Counted from the stretch's first letter, positions 17,000 to 27,775 are shown. The stretch is 37,145 nt of DNA from an uncultured Myxococcales bacterium (GCA_964013405.1 CAXGWI010000022.1:1-37145), one strand, 5' to 3'. Translations and numbers: made by a program. The notes: generated by a model not told the origin, from the sequence alone.

Positions 17000-18478
17000 C
17001 TAGCGGCTGCAGGCCTCCCAGGTGTTCACCGCACAGCCAGTTCGATCCACGCATTGGCGTAGGTTTTCTGGCGTTAAGAGCCCCGTCCTGACGCCACCCA
17101 TGGCACACCAACCATTGAGCATGACATCGCTATAATAGCGGGCATTGGCGCAGCGGTCTCGGAGGTGCTCCACGTAGTCGTTACAGGTCGCTGCCACTTG
17201 GGGTAGCGCAGCGCGAATGCAGCCGACCGGATTGACGTCCTCACAACTGTTTGCCCGGATGCGGGCCAGGAGGCAGCCTTCGTAGGCCTCAGCCTGAGGG
17301 TGGGTGAGGCTGGCCCGGAAGCGCATGCACTCACCGAGGCAGAAGTCGCTGGTGTCGTTGCAGGCCAGGCAACTCTCACGGCACACATCATTGGGGGCCG
17401 CGATGGATTGCCAGTTGCGGGCGAGGCAGGTGGAGATGGCCTCGCAATCTTCCCCAGCCTCACGGATGCACGTGCCGAGGTCCGAGATCCCACGCTCGCC
17501 CATCAGTCGGGTAAATCCGGTGAGGAACAGTTGGCAGTTCCAGCCGGTCTCCCCCCCACATTCGTTGGCGGCGGCACAGGCTTCAACGATGGCCTGTCGC
17601 CGGCCTTGGGCTGTGGCGGCAGCGACCAAGCACTGATACCAGCCACCGGCACCGCAGTTGGCCTCCCGCAGGCAGTTGACCATGTGGGTACCACCGGACA
17701 GATTGTTTTGATCGGCGGGTGCTCGCCAGCTCTCACATTCGTAGGCGTCCTGCCAGAGGCTCTCTTCCCGGTTGGGCTCACAGGTGCGGCGCCAGTTGGC
17801 AACGTCGAGGCAGACCTGACTGGGCGTGGGACCAAAGAAGCTTGCGGGGTCACAGTTCACGGGTCGGCGCCGGGAGCATTGGTTGACACCGCAGTCGAGC
17901 CAAGCCTGGCGGGCCGGACTGGTCATCATCGCGAGGACGCTGCGGCAATAGAGGTGGCATTCTTGATCGCTGTCACCCAGCTCCACACCACATCGCTCTA
18001 AATCTCGGTTGGCGCACAGATCGATACAGCCCTGGGGAACTTCCGGCTCCTCTTCGAGGCAAGAATCCGCTTCGCAGCTGTTGTCCATGATGCAGCGTAA
18101 ATAGTCTTCTCGATCTTCCGGTTGCAGGCCTACAAGTCCAAAGCGGCAGAAAAATCTGCATTCTTCGGCGCAGGGAAGTCCGAAGCAGGCCCGGCCACAG
18201 TAGTCTTCCTCGGGGGGATCGTCGGGGACCTCTTCCTCATCGAAGCCCGCATCGAAGACGGCCGGCGGTAGATCGTTGATGTCCGTGCTTCCGGCATCTG
18301 GTACGGGTTGGGGCGGACCCGCATCGAAGCTTGGAAAGAGGGGGCCTAGGTCGGTGGGGCCTGCATCGGCCGCCGGCGGAAGATCCAAGCCGCCGTCAAC
18401 GGCGATCCCAGGGGCCTCCACCGTATTCTGGCAAGCCAGGAGTCCCATGATGAAACTTGAGACAAGAATCTTGCGCAT
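17000..18478 (-). CDS. Cysteine-rich repeat lipoprotein of unknown function
   Basis: Start at the ATG at 18478 (MRKILVSSFIMGLLAC). An acidic Pro/DAG linker is followed by about six Cys-rich helical units. Confidence 0.75.
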   Translation of the reverse strand: MRKILVSSFIMGLLACQNTVEAPGIAVDGGLDLPPAADAGPTDLGPLFPSFDAGPPQPVPDAGSTDINDLPPAVFDAGFDEEEVPDDPPEEDYCGRACFGLPCAEECRFFCRFGLVGLQPEDREDYLRCIMDNSCEADSCLEEEPEVPQGCIDLCANRDLERCGVELGDSDQECHLYCRSVLAMMTSPARQAWLDCGVNQCSRRRPVNCDPASFFGPTPSQVCLDVANWRRTCEPNREESLWQDAYECESWRAPADQNNLSGGTHMVNCLREANCGAGGWYQCLVAAATAQGRRQAIVEACAAANECGGETGWNCQLFLTGFTRLMGERGISDLGTCIREAGEDCEAISTCLARNWQSIAAPNDVCRESCLACNDTSDFCLGECMRFRASLTHPQAEAYEGCLLARIRANSCEDVNPVGCIRAALPQVAATCNDYVEHLRDRCANARYYSDVMLNGWCAMGGVRTGLLTPENLRQCVDRTGCAVNTWEACSR

Positions 18479-18541
18479 GTTGCGTCTCCGAAGCCTCTTT
18501 AGCCTCCTCACGGGAGCCGAGCAAACCGGAAGCGGATGTTT

Positions 18542-19312
18542 TTAGGCGCGAAGACGCTGGACGAGGGCTGCCAACGTTGCTCGGGCGTCCTCACTAAACC
18601 AAACATCGATGAAGGCCTTCTCATCGACGGTCTGGCTCTGGCGAAGTTCGTCCACAAGTCGCTTGCGAAAGAAGTGCTTGGTCGTCCGCTGGCCTGTCTC
18701 GGCCAAGGTTAACCAGCTCGTGAGTTGAGCCTGTGTGCGGGATTCGACCTCTTCCAGCGGTGCCAGCTCGTCCACGAGGCCGATGGCCAGTGCTTCGTCG
18801 GGGCCGATCAGTGCGCCGGTTAAGCCCAGTCGTTCCGCTGGTCGATGGCCAAGGATGCTACGGAAGACCTCCACGACCCCTTGGGGCATGGCGATGCCGA
18901 CCCCGACCTCATTGAGGCCGATCTTATAGCGCCCCTCGGCCAGGACTCGATAGTCCGTCATGATCGCCAACACGCAGCCACCCGCCGGACTATGACCAGC
19001 GATGGCCGACATGATGATGAGGGGGCTACCGAGGAGGCGGAGCATCAGCTCATTGAAGCGGTTCCAGAACCGACTCATGGCCTCGTGGTCCAAGTCAAAG
19101 AGGGCGACCACATCGAGACCCGCACAGAACATGCCGGGGGCGCCACAGAGGATGACACCTCGGATGGTCGGGTCAGCCTCTAATTCATCGAGGGCTGTGA
19201 GGAGGGCCTCCACCATCGTGGGATCGATTGCGTTGGCCTTTGGGCGATGCAGTCGAAGCCAGGCGATTTGACCCGAGGTCTCGATTTGGACTCGTGCGTC
19301 GATAATTCTCAT
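18542..19312 (-). CDS. Crotonase-family protein, likely delta3,delta2-enoyl-CoA isomerase
   Basis: FCAGLD oxyanion motif, AIAGHSPAGGC, DYRV and IGLNE with a single catalytic Glu, as in ECI1-type enzymes. Confidence 0.85.
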   Translation of the reverse strand: MRIIDARVQIETSGQIAWLRLHRPKANAIDPTMVEALLTALDELEADPTIRGVILCGAPGMFCAGLDVVALFDLDHEAMSRFWNRFNELMLRLLGSPLIIMSAIAGHSPAGGCVLAIMTDYRVLAEGRYKIGLNEVGVGIAMPQGVVEVFRSILGHRPAERLGLTGALIGPDEALAIGLVDELAPLEEVESRTQAQLTSWLTLAETGQRTTKHFFRKRLVDELRQSQTVDEKAFIDVWFSEDARATLAALVQRLRA

Positions 19313-21417
19313 TCTGAGAGTGTCACCTCTTCCATCAGGACCCGTAGCTGCTGGGTCAAGGCGTGGATCTTTTCGTTGAGCTCGACGATCTTACCATTGA
19401 GTTTAGCGATGTCCCGTTCGTTGGCGCCGAGGCGCCGGGAGAAGTCCCGGGCGAGGGATTGATTGATCTTCGCTTCGCCTAGGGTTTTGATGTTGTGACG
19501 AATTCGGTTCTGTTCCTGGATGAGCTCGCTTTTACGCGTTCTGTGCTTGCTGATCTGAGCTCGGAGTTCATTGAGTTCAGAGCGCTTGCTCTCCACCGCC
19601 TCCAGGGCCTTGGCGATGGCCGGATTGGCCCCCGCATTGGAAACATAGAGCTTGAGCACATCCTGGCCCAGTTGACTGTCCCAGTTGACCGTTCGGGGGT
19701 GGGCTCGGGTATCGGTGATTTCTACCGTTGTTTTACCTTCTTTGAGGCTCGCTGGAAGGTACCAGGCCCCGTGGAGCTCCCGAGTGTCCTTGGGGGCATT
19801 CTCTAACTTCCAGCCCGGTCGTTTGCCGATGCGCAAATAGATCCGTTCCGGCACGTCTTTGGCCCGGGAGAGGATCTCGAAGACCTGGGTGCGACGACTC
19901 TGCACTTCGCAACGAACGCGGCCGTTACTGATCGCCACCAGCCTGACGGGCTTTTCGCCGTGCTTGGCGTGGCTCGTGATGCTGATGCCCTGTTCGAGAC
20001 TGAAGGGGAGAAAGGTCTCCGCGCCATCTTCGATGCGTTCGAAAATGCCTGAGCCCACAAAGGTGCCCCGAGCGAGGACCGTCACGGGCCCCCCTTGCAG
20101 CATGTAGCCCGTATCGTTTTTGAAGCGGACGGCCCGGTACGGATGCTGGGCGGCGGCACCCCCCGCGTCGGGACGGTAGAGAAGAAGGTCCTCGCCCTCG
20201 ATACGGCGATTGACCAGACTGACGAGGGTCGAACTACGATCGGGGACGGTGACGGGTCCCTCCACGTCGTATCGGAACAGACCGCCCACAGCGGTTCCCG
20301 TCGCACCCGAGTCTTGGGCTCCAGCCATTTGAGTTAGACCTAAAGAGCCCATCCCACCGCCGCCGCGACCAGCGCCTCGGGCACCGAGTCCGCCATAGCC
20401 GACATCCTCCTCGAGCTCCCCGAGGGATTCAAAAGCCATCCGGCTGGGGGCTGAACGAGCCCTTCCTCTTTTGGCAGCGGAGACCTTGGGCACCTTGCGG
20501 CGGGCCGATTGTTTGACCTTCGCACCAGCGACTCCAGCCCGGGCGATGGGGGCGACGGCACCGCCGCCGACCACGCCGAGTTGCCGGCGCTGAACAAAGT
20601 TCGGTCGGTGCAGATCGTAGATGAAGCTGATGGGCGCACCACTCGAGAGAGAAAGGCTCACATCGCGCCAGTCTTCCCCACTGGTGTTGTCGATGACTGC
20701 CCAGCCCTGAAGGAGGGCCTTCTCACCGGTCTTTCCCATCACGAGTCGATAGGCAGGCTTCCAGGTGGGCATGCCGGAGATGTAGCTGACGAGCAGCTTG
20801 TGTTTGCCCCCTTTGTTGAGGCGGACCGTTAACTCTACAGGCTTCCACTGCCCCTCGTTGAGGCTGTGATCGAGGACCTTGTTGAGGCCCACTTGCAAGG
20901 GGCGGTCGTGGAGTTCGAGATGGGCGATGTCATCGACGGGGACATTGCTGACTCGAGGGCCATGGGCCAGGGCGACATGGGGTTTGCCGCCGATGGTTTC
21001 GACGCCCACCACGCGCCCGGTCATCGTCTCTCCATCTTCCCGTCGTTCGAGGCGGACCCGGGCCCCACGGAATGCGGCAAGCAGGCTGTGCATGCCCCCC
21101 TGTCGTCGCACCTGGTCCGGCAATTCATCCAGGCGCTGGGCGGCGCTTTTTTCGATGGGCAAGCTGATACTCTGGCTTCGGCCTCCGGCCAAGTCGATCA
21201 CGGTTAAAGAGGTCAGAAGGTCGTTAATCTGCTCGGGCCGGACTTGCAGTCGGAGGGTGTCGCCCACCAAGTCACCGCCTCGTTCAAAGTACCCCACACC
21301 ATTTTGATACAAGACCACTCGCTTGACGGGCAGCGGGTTGGCGGGGGCCGCCTCATCCAAGGCCCCGTGGGCGCAGGCGGACAAGGCGAGGAGCAAGGGC
21401 ACAGCACGTGTCATCAT
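19309..21417 (-). CDS. DUF4139-domain lipoprotein with C-terminal coiled coil
   Basis: Lipobox LSAC after the ATG at 21417/21414. Motifs VVLYQNGVGYFER, INDLLTSLTVID, SY....PTWKPAYRL and LQGWAVIDNTSGEDW.DV.LSL.SGAP. Confidence 0.82.
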   Translation of the reverse strand: MMTRAVPLLLALSACAHGALDEAAPANPLPVKRVVLYQNGVGYFERGGDLVGDTLRLQVRPEQINDLLTSLTVIDLAGGRSQSISLPIEKSAAQRLDELPDQVRRQGGMHSLLAAFRGARVRLERREDGETMTGRVVGVETIGGKPHVALAHGPRVSNVPVDDIAHLELHDRPLQVGLNKVLDHSLNEGQWKPVELTVRLNKGGKHKLLVSYISGMPTWKPAYRLVMGKTGEKALLQGWAVIDNTSGEDWRDVSLSLSSGAPISFIYDLHRPNFVQRRQLGVVGGGAVAPIARAGVAGAKVKQSARRKVPKVSAAKRGRARSAPSRMAFESLGELEEDVGYGGLGARGAGRGGGGMGSLGLTQMAGAQDSGATGTAVGGLFRYDVEGPVTVPDRSSTLVSLVNRRIEGEDLLLYRPDAGGAAAQHPYRAVRFKNDTGYMLQGGPVTVLARGTFVGSGIFERIEDGAETFLPFSLEQGISITSHAKHGEKPVRLVAISNGRVRCEVQSRRTQVFEILSRAKDVPERIYLRIGKRPGWKLENAPKDTRELHGAWYLPASLKEGKTTVEITDTRAHPRTVNWDSQLGQDVLKLYVSNAGANPAIAKALEAVESKRSELNELRAQISKHRTRKSELIQEQNRIRHNIKTLGEAKINQSLARDFSRRLGANERDIAKLNGKIVELNEKIHALTQQLRVLMEEVTLSE

Positions 21418-21481
21418 TTGGTGGGACTCCGTTGACGTAAAAGCGGCTAACACCTAGCCCCATTCCATGAAAGGGGGCGAG

Positions 21482-21910
21482 ATGAGCTTTCGTTGGAGTA
21501 CGCCGCCGAGGTTTCAGGACGTCGATGCGGCCGGGATCGTCTTCTATGCCCGTCTCTTCGCTTACTTCCACGATGCCTATGTGGCCTTTCTGGAGAGCAT
21601 GGGGCCGGAATTGGCTTTGCATCGTGCGGTGGACTCGGCGGACTTTTTGATTCCGCTGGTCCATGCCGAAGCGGACTTCAAGGCGCCATTGCGCTTTGGC
21701 GATGAGGCCACGACGACGGTCAGCGTCGAGCGAATCGGCCGCAGTTCGTACACACTCGCTTACCAAATTCACCGTGGTGATGGCCAGTTGGCCGCATCGG
21801 GGCAAACGGTTCACGCCTGTGCCAGTAAGGCGGAATTTCGCGCTCGCCCCTTGCCAGAGGCGCTGCGAGCGGGCTTGATGCAACATCACGTTGCGTCGGA
21901 GTCCCAATGA
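21482..21910 (+). CDS. Hotdog-fold acyl-CoA thioesterase (4HBT/YbgC class), candidate DHNA-CoA thioesterase
   Basis: RFQDVDAAGIVFYARLF..FH.AY, PLVHAEADFKAPLRFGD and GRSSYTL. The specific substrate is inferred only from the nearby menB. Confidence 0.8.
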   Translation: MSFRWSTPPRFQDVDAAGIVFYARLFAYFHDAYVAFLESMGPELALHRAVDSADFLIPLVHAEADFKAPLRFGDEATTTVSVERIGRSSYTLAYQIHRGDGQLAASGQTVHACASKAEFRARPLPEALRAGLMQHHVASESQ

Positions 21911-22626
21911 ACGTTCTGTCTTTGTGCGCACTCGCTCTTCTCGCGGCTCCCGATGAGCCGCCGGCCGCGCCAGAACAAAGCCCGGCTCAGGAAGGGGAGG
22001 CTGCCGAGACCGCTGGCCTCGATGTCGGTCCGGCCCCATCCGCTGCGCTGGGACCTTTCGCTGTCGGTCTGGTCCTTGGGGAGCCCACCGCCCTTCGGGG
22101 CGATTTTTATCTCGATGAACAAACCCGAGCCTTTGGACTCCTGGGCACGGCCCATCGGATCGATGCCTTCTCCTTTGCCTTTGACGCCCCCATGTTGGCG
22201 GTGGGTGCGGAGCGAGACGTCTTCGTGTTGGACAACATGGGCACACGCAGCGGTGCGGTGGCGGTCGGCTTCCAGGCCGATTTCTGGATGCGGTCATTTT
22301 ATACATCGTCCAAGCCCATGCTGGCCCTTGAGGTGCCGATTTCTTTCCGCCTTGCCAGTCCTACAGAGCCTCTCTCCTTCTACGGTACCGTTGCGCCGGG
22401 CTACTATGTCGCGCCCGGTGCAGGACCGAGTCTTTCCCTGAGTGTGGGGCTGTCGTTCCGCTTGCCCAAACCGGGCCCAAGAGCTCCCGCCGCCGCCGAA
22501 CCACCGGTGGAAGCGGAAGCCAAGGCCGCCGCGGAACCGGCACCGGAGGCCAAGCCAGATCCAGCGCCCAAGCCCGCTGCGAAGCCCAAGCCGAAGCCCA
22601 AGGGACGCCGTCGACTGAGTCGCTAA
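21907..22626 (+). CDS. Exported protein, probable small outer-membrane beta-barrel with Pro/Ala/Lys-rich tail
   Basis: Signal peptide, GLVLGEPTAL motif, amphipathic strands ending SVGLSFRL, tail AKPKPKPKGRRR. Confidence 0.6.
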   Translation: MNVLSLCALALLAAPDEPPAAPEQSPAQEGEAAETAGLDVGPAPSAALGPFAVGLVLGEPTALRGDFYLDEQTRAFGLLGTAHRIDAFSFAFDAPMLAVGAERDVFVLDNMGTRSGAVAVGFQADFWMRSFYTSSKPMLALEVPISFRLASPTEPLSFYGTVAPGYYVAPGAGPSLSLSVGLSFRLPKPGPRAPAAAEPPVEAEAKAAAEPAPEAKPDPAPKPAAKPKPKPKGRRRLSR

Positions 22627-22632
22627 GTTCCC

Positions 22633-23934
22633 ATGCGCGCCGGGATTTCTATGGCTCTCTTGTGGCTGGCCGCCTGCCCGGGTGGGGACATCGATCTGCC
22701 TGTGGACGGGGGGTTTGGCGTCGATGGGGGCCAGGTCGAAGATGGTGGTACCCCGGCCCGGCCGGATGGGGGCGCCCCCCTGAGCGATGGCGGTCAAGCG
22801 GTCGGCGATGCCGGCGGTCCTGGTCACTTTCTGCTCGAAGCGACGGAAGCGGACCCTGTGCTCGACGAAGCCATTCTCGAGGCCATGGCCGATGATGAGA
22901 TCGTGGGCTTGAGCTTTGCGGTCACCGTGGGCCGGGAGCTTCGCTACCTTGAGGGCTTTGGAGCGGCGGATCGGGAACAGGGGATTCCTGTTGATCCTCG
23001 GCGCAGTCTATTTCGCTGGGCCAGCGTCAGCAAAGGGCTGGTGGGTTTGGTCACGGTGCACCACCAACTCCATGCAGGCCTCGATGTGGCGGCGGATTAT
23101 CGGGAACTCGCCCCGGACCTGGGCCACCCCACGGCCTATCTGCCCCTTGGTTGTGGGGCGGAAGCCTGCGCATTGCCGCTACCGGCCGATCACCCGCCGA
23201 TCAATCTGCGTCGCCTTCTCGATCACACCGCGGGCGTTCAGCATTACAGCAATGGCCTGGAGGACCCCACGCCACCTCTCGAAATGATCAATGATCCGGA
23301 GGTGAACACGGGCATGGCTTGGGCACTGGACCGGTTTCTTAATCAACCGCTGGTTTCCCTGCCAGGCCAGCGCTCGTCCTATTCCAGCTTTGGCTTCAAC
23401 TTGGCCGGTGTGGTGTTGGAGCGGGACCGGGGGCGATCCCTTGCCGCGCAAGTCGAAGACGTGATCGCCAGACCGCTGGGCATGACCAGTCTGTCGCCCG
23501 ATCACCACTGGCATGCCCATCCCGATCGGGTTCGGGGCTACTTCCGAAATCGAAACGGCATTCAGTTTAACGGCGATGATGATGTCAGTTGGAAGTTGGC
23601 GGCCGGGGGTTTTCAGTCGACGCCGAGGGATTTTGCCACCTGGTGTGCGGGCCTGTTGAGTGATGAGCTGCTCAACGATGATGAGAAATTCGAGCGACTT
23701 TGGCAGCCTGGCGAGCCGATAAGAAACTATGCCTACGGTTTTGAACTGACCTGGGACCGGCGGGGGAATCTGAGCTCCATCGGCCACGGAGGTGCGCAGC
23801 AGAGCGTGCGCACCGCCCTAAGGGCCTACCCCGAGGAAGGGCTATGCTTTACCTTGATGAGTAACAGCACCTGGGCCGACGCGTCAGGCCTTCTGCGGCA
23901 GTTCGAGACGGTGTGGCGGGGGGCTCAGGAGTGA
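22633..23934 (+). CDS. Serine hydrolase, beta-lactamase class C/CubicO-like lipoprotein
   Basis: Lipobox LAAC, DGG linker, SxxK (ASVSK), LLDHTAGV, YSSFGF and HGG motifs. Confidence 0.88.
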   Translation: MRAGISMALLWLAACPGGDIDLPVDGGFGVDGGQVEDGGTPARPDGGAPLSDGGQAVGDAGGPGHFLLEATEADPVLDEAILEAMADDEIVGLSFAVTVGRELRYLEGFGAADREQGIPVDPRRSLFRWASVSKGLVGLVTVHHQLHAGLDVAADYRELAPDLGHPTAYLPLGCGAEACALPLPADHPPINLRRLLDHTAGVQHYSNGLEDPTPPLEMINDPEVNTGMAWALDRFLNQPLVSLPGQRSSYSSFGFNLAGVVLERDRGRSLAAQVEDVIARPLGMTSLSPDHHWHAHPDRVRGYFRNRNGIQFNGDDDVSWKLAAGGFQSTPRDFATWCAGLLSDELLNDDEKFERLWQPGEPIRNYAYGFELTWDRRGNLSSIGHGGAQQSVRTALRAYPEEGLCFTLMSNSTWADASGLLRQFETVWRGAQE

Positions 23935-23975
23935 CGATCGCTTGGGCCTCCGCTAGGCTATCGCAGGGGAAGCGG

Positions 23976-25685
23976 ATGAGAAAACGCTGGTTCGTCGTGC
24001 TCTTGATGAGCTCCGGATGTTTGGGGAGTGAGGGGGGTGAAGGCTCCGGTGGAGGCGGTGGGGATGGGCCCGCTGGACCACCCATCGAGGTGGCCGGTGA
24101 GTGGCTTGGGGATGATGGCGCCCAGATCATCGTAACCTCCGAGCACTGGGGCGATGCGGAGATCGCGGCCTACGATAATCTCGCACGCACAGCCTACCTA
24201 AGAACCCGGCTGGAGGGCCAACTCCAGTTCGCTCGGGTCCATTGGACTCAGCCCGCTGACAACATCACTTGGTTTTGCATCGATACCCAGGGCCACGAGC
24301 GCTTGGGCCTCGCCCAGGCCGAGCCCGTGTTGGTTGAGCGGGGGCACCCCCACCTTGTGGGTTGTCTCGGGCAGGCCTGGACCCGCTACCGCAACCCCAT
24401 CGATTTGACGGGGGCCTGGACCTATCAGGGCGGAGAACCCATGACCATCAATGCTCAGCAATGGGGCAGTCGGGTTCTTCATGCTTACATTAACGACACG
24501 AATCGGGCGGTGATCGCCAACGGTCCCTACGACTACGACAAGATGACTTGGATCGACCCGGAGGGGGGTGTATTTTATCTCTGTCTGGAGCGGGCTTCTT
24601 TGGCTGATGCCGATGAAGCGCTCTATGCCATGAGTGAAGCCGTAGCAGCGGACCTTGAGACCGGCTGTATGGGGGAGCCTTGGTTGCGCTACGAGCAAAC
24701 CATTGAGGTGGCGGGCTCCTGGCGGGATGACCGGGCCCTCGATCTCTATATCAGTGCCCAGCGTTGGGGGCCTTTAAGCGTCATCGAATACGACAATGCG
24801 GGCCGGCGCGCGATCCTTGAGCGCGATGGTATTTATCAGGTCGTCGAGTGGACCCAACCCATGAAGGAGGCCTTCTTCTCCTGCCTCGTGGGTCAGGATC
24901 TCGACAGCCTCGCCGCAGCCCAAGCCGAGGGGGGCCAAGCCGATCGTAGTGATCCCGCGGCCGGCGGCTGTCTTGGCGCCCCCTGGCGGGCCTTGAGGCG
25001 TCCCATTATGGTGGCCGGCCGATGGCTGGATCCCTTTGGCGACTTGATCGTGATCGATGGGGATACTTGGCATCAGGCCCGCATCACTCGCTACGATAAC
25101 TTCGACGGCATCGCGATCACCATGAACAATCAGGACGCAGACCGTCTGCCGGGCTCCTTTAGCAAGCGAGCCTATACGCCGGTTCATGACGGCGAGTTTT
25201 TCCATTGTGAAGCGGCAAGTGGTTTGGCGAGCGTGCAGGACGCGGAAGCAGCAGAGGTGGTGATTGCCCGGGGAGCCCCGGCCGAAGGCGGTTGTATGGC
25301 CGAAGCGACGCCCTGGGAGCGCTTCCGGGAGGTCGTCGACCTGATGGGGGCCTGGCGAGTCAGTCGGGCCAGTGGCGAGGGCACGACGGAAGGGTGGAGT
25401 TTTGAGCATCGCTCGCTGCTCCGCTTCGGTGAACGCTATTGGTACGAGTCCTGGTCGAATCCGGAGCGGTGGCTCGTCTTACAGCGGCCCAACCAGGCCG
25501 ATGGCCGACCGGGCAACTTCGACCGTTATCGTTGGTCGAAGCGCCTCGATGGCAGCACATTGCTCTGTGCTGAAGTGGTGAACACGACCCTCACCGAAGC
25601 CCTCGAGTCGCCGGCCCAGGCCAACCCCCGTGATCTCGACAATGGATGTCCTGGCGGCGATTGGTTGCGCATGGAGCCCCGCTAG
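23976..25685 (+). CDS. Lipoprotein made of five tandem ~100-aa repeats, function unknown
   Basis: MRKRWFVVLLMSSGC signal and Gly-rich linker, followed by repeats [IV]xxxGxW...W...YDN...W...C...GC...W. Confidence 0.8.
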   Translation: MRKRWFVVLLMSSGCLGSEGGEGSGGGGGDGPAGPPIEVAGEWLGDDGAQIIVTSEHWGDAEIAAYDNLARTAYLRTRLEGQLQFARVHWTQPADNITWFCIDTQGHERLGLAQAEPVLVERGHPHLVGCLGQAWTRYRNPIDLTGAWTYQGGEPMTINAQQWGSRVLHAYINDTNRAVIANGPYDYDKMTWIDPEGGVFYLCLERASLADADEALYAMSEAVAADLETGCMGEPWLRYEQTIEVAGSWRDDRALDLYISAQRWGPLSVIEYDNAGRRAILERDGIYQVVEWTQPMKEAFFSCLVGQDLDSLAAAQAEGGQADRSDPAAGGCLGAPWRALRRPIMVAGRWLDPFGDLIVIDGDTWHQARITRYDNFDGIAITMNNQDADRLPGSFSKRAYTPVHDGEFFHCEAASGLASVQDAEAAEVVIARGAPAEGGCMAEATPWERFREVVDLMGAWRVSRASGEGTTEGWSFEHRSLLRFGERYWYESWSNPERWLVLQRPNQADGRPGNFDRYRWSKRLDGSTLLCAEVVNTTLTEALESPAQANPRDLDNGCPGGDWLRMEPR

Positions 25686-25751
25686 ACCGCGCGGATTTCC
25701 AAGTGGACAAGGGGGACCCTCCTGCCTAGGCAGAGCCCTGAGGAGGCCTTC

Positions 25752-26654
<903 letters not shown>

Positions 26655-26767
26655 GCTTCCCTTTCGGGCTGGAACGGCCTGCCCAGCGAGAATCTGATGG
26701 GAGGGCGCGCCCGACTGAGGGCTTTTGTGCCGGGGCCTGGTGGCGTAGCAGAGACCCGGAGGCGGTC

Positions 26768-27775
26768 ATGCCTGGCAACCGGTTCGGACACGCACTGCAG
26801 CTCACCACGTTTGGCGAGAGCCATGGTGCTGCGCTGGGCGCGGTGATCGATGGTTTGCCCGCGGGCCTGCCGGTAGACGTCGCCGCATTACAAGGGGCGC
26901 TCGATCGCCGTCGGCCCGGCCGACTGCCCGGCGGCACGGGTCGCCAGGAGCCCGATGAGGTGGAAATCCTCAGTGGGGTTTTTCAAGGCCAGACCTTGGG
27001 AAGCCCTGTGGCGGTGATCGTGCGGAACGTCGATGCTCGCCCCGAAGATTATGAAGCCCTTAAAACCGTGCACCGGCCCGGCCACGGGGACCGCAGCACA
27101 GAACTGAAATATGGCCGCCGAGATCATCGGGGCGGTGGGCGGTCCAGTGGTCGGGAGACCCTGGCCCGGGTCATTGGTGGTTACTTCGCGGGCCTGCTCC
27201 TGCCCCAGGATTGCCGTGTCACCGCCTGGATCGAGGAACTCGGTCCCTTCCAGTCAGTCGCTGGCGCTGAGTTGGGGGTCTACGGACTTCGGGGCGTCGA
27301 TGATGCTCAGGTGGAAGCCTGGCTGCTTGCGTTAAAGGCGCAAGGCGAAAGCGTGGGCGCTCAACTTTGTTGCCGTATTCACGGCTGCCCTCCCGGCTTG
27401 GGTGAGCCCGTCTTCGATAAGTTGAAGGCGGATTTGGCCAAAGGGATCATGAGTATTGGTGCGGTGACCGGCTTTGGCTACGGAATGGGCGCCGATTTTG
27501 GCAGCAGTTTCGGTCAGGCGGTGACCGCTGACACAGCCCATTTTGGCGGCATCGAGGGGGGGATCAGCACGGGGGACCCCATCCACCTCAACCTGACCGT
27601 TCGACCGCCCTCAACCGTGGGCGAGAAGGCGAAAGCTGGGCGCCACGACCCCTGCATCGCGCCCCGGGTTCTGCCCGTGGTGGAGGCCATGGTCACGCTT
27701 GTCTTAGCCGATCACTATTTACGGCAGTGCGCTTTGGACAGGGGGCACGCTGAAGGATTAGACTCGAAGCTGTGA
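26768..27775 (+). CDS. aroC: Chorismate synthase (compact form)
   Basis: The true start is the ATG at 26768 after GGAGG. Motifs TTFGESHG, RRRPG, R.EPD, RPGH.D, GGGRSSGRET, GLGEPVFDKL, GGIEGGIS.G and GRHDPC. Confidence 0.93.
   Translation: MPGNRFGHALQLTTFGESHGAALGAVIDGLPAGLPVDVAALQGALDRRRPGRLPGGTGRQEPDEVEILSGVFQGQTLGSPVAVIVRNVDARPEDYEALKTVHRPGHGDRSTELKYGRRDHRGGGRSSGRETLARVIGGYFAGLLLPQDCRVTAWIEELGPFQSVAGAELGVYGLRGVDDAQVEAWLLALKAQGESVGAQLCCRIHGCPPGLGEPVFDKLKADLAKGIMSIGAVTGFGYGMGADFGSSFGQAVTADTAHFGGIEGGISTGDPIHLNLTVRPPSTVGEKAKAGRHDPCIAPRVLPVVEAMVTLVLADHYLRQCALDRGHAEGLDSKL

Noticed and set aside
22633..23934. Antibiotic-resistance beta-lactamase
   Set aside because: The motifs (SxxK, YSS, HGG) fit the broad serine hydrolase/esterase/peptidase family, not specifically AmpC (YxN, KTG).
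26655..26767. Possible terminator or structured RNA between menB and aroC
   Set aside because: Only weak GC stems without a convincing U-tract or recognisable family.
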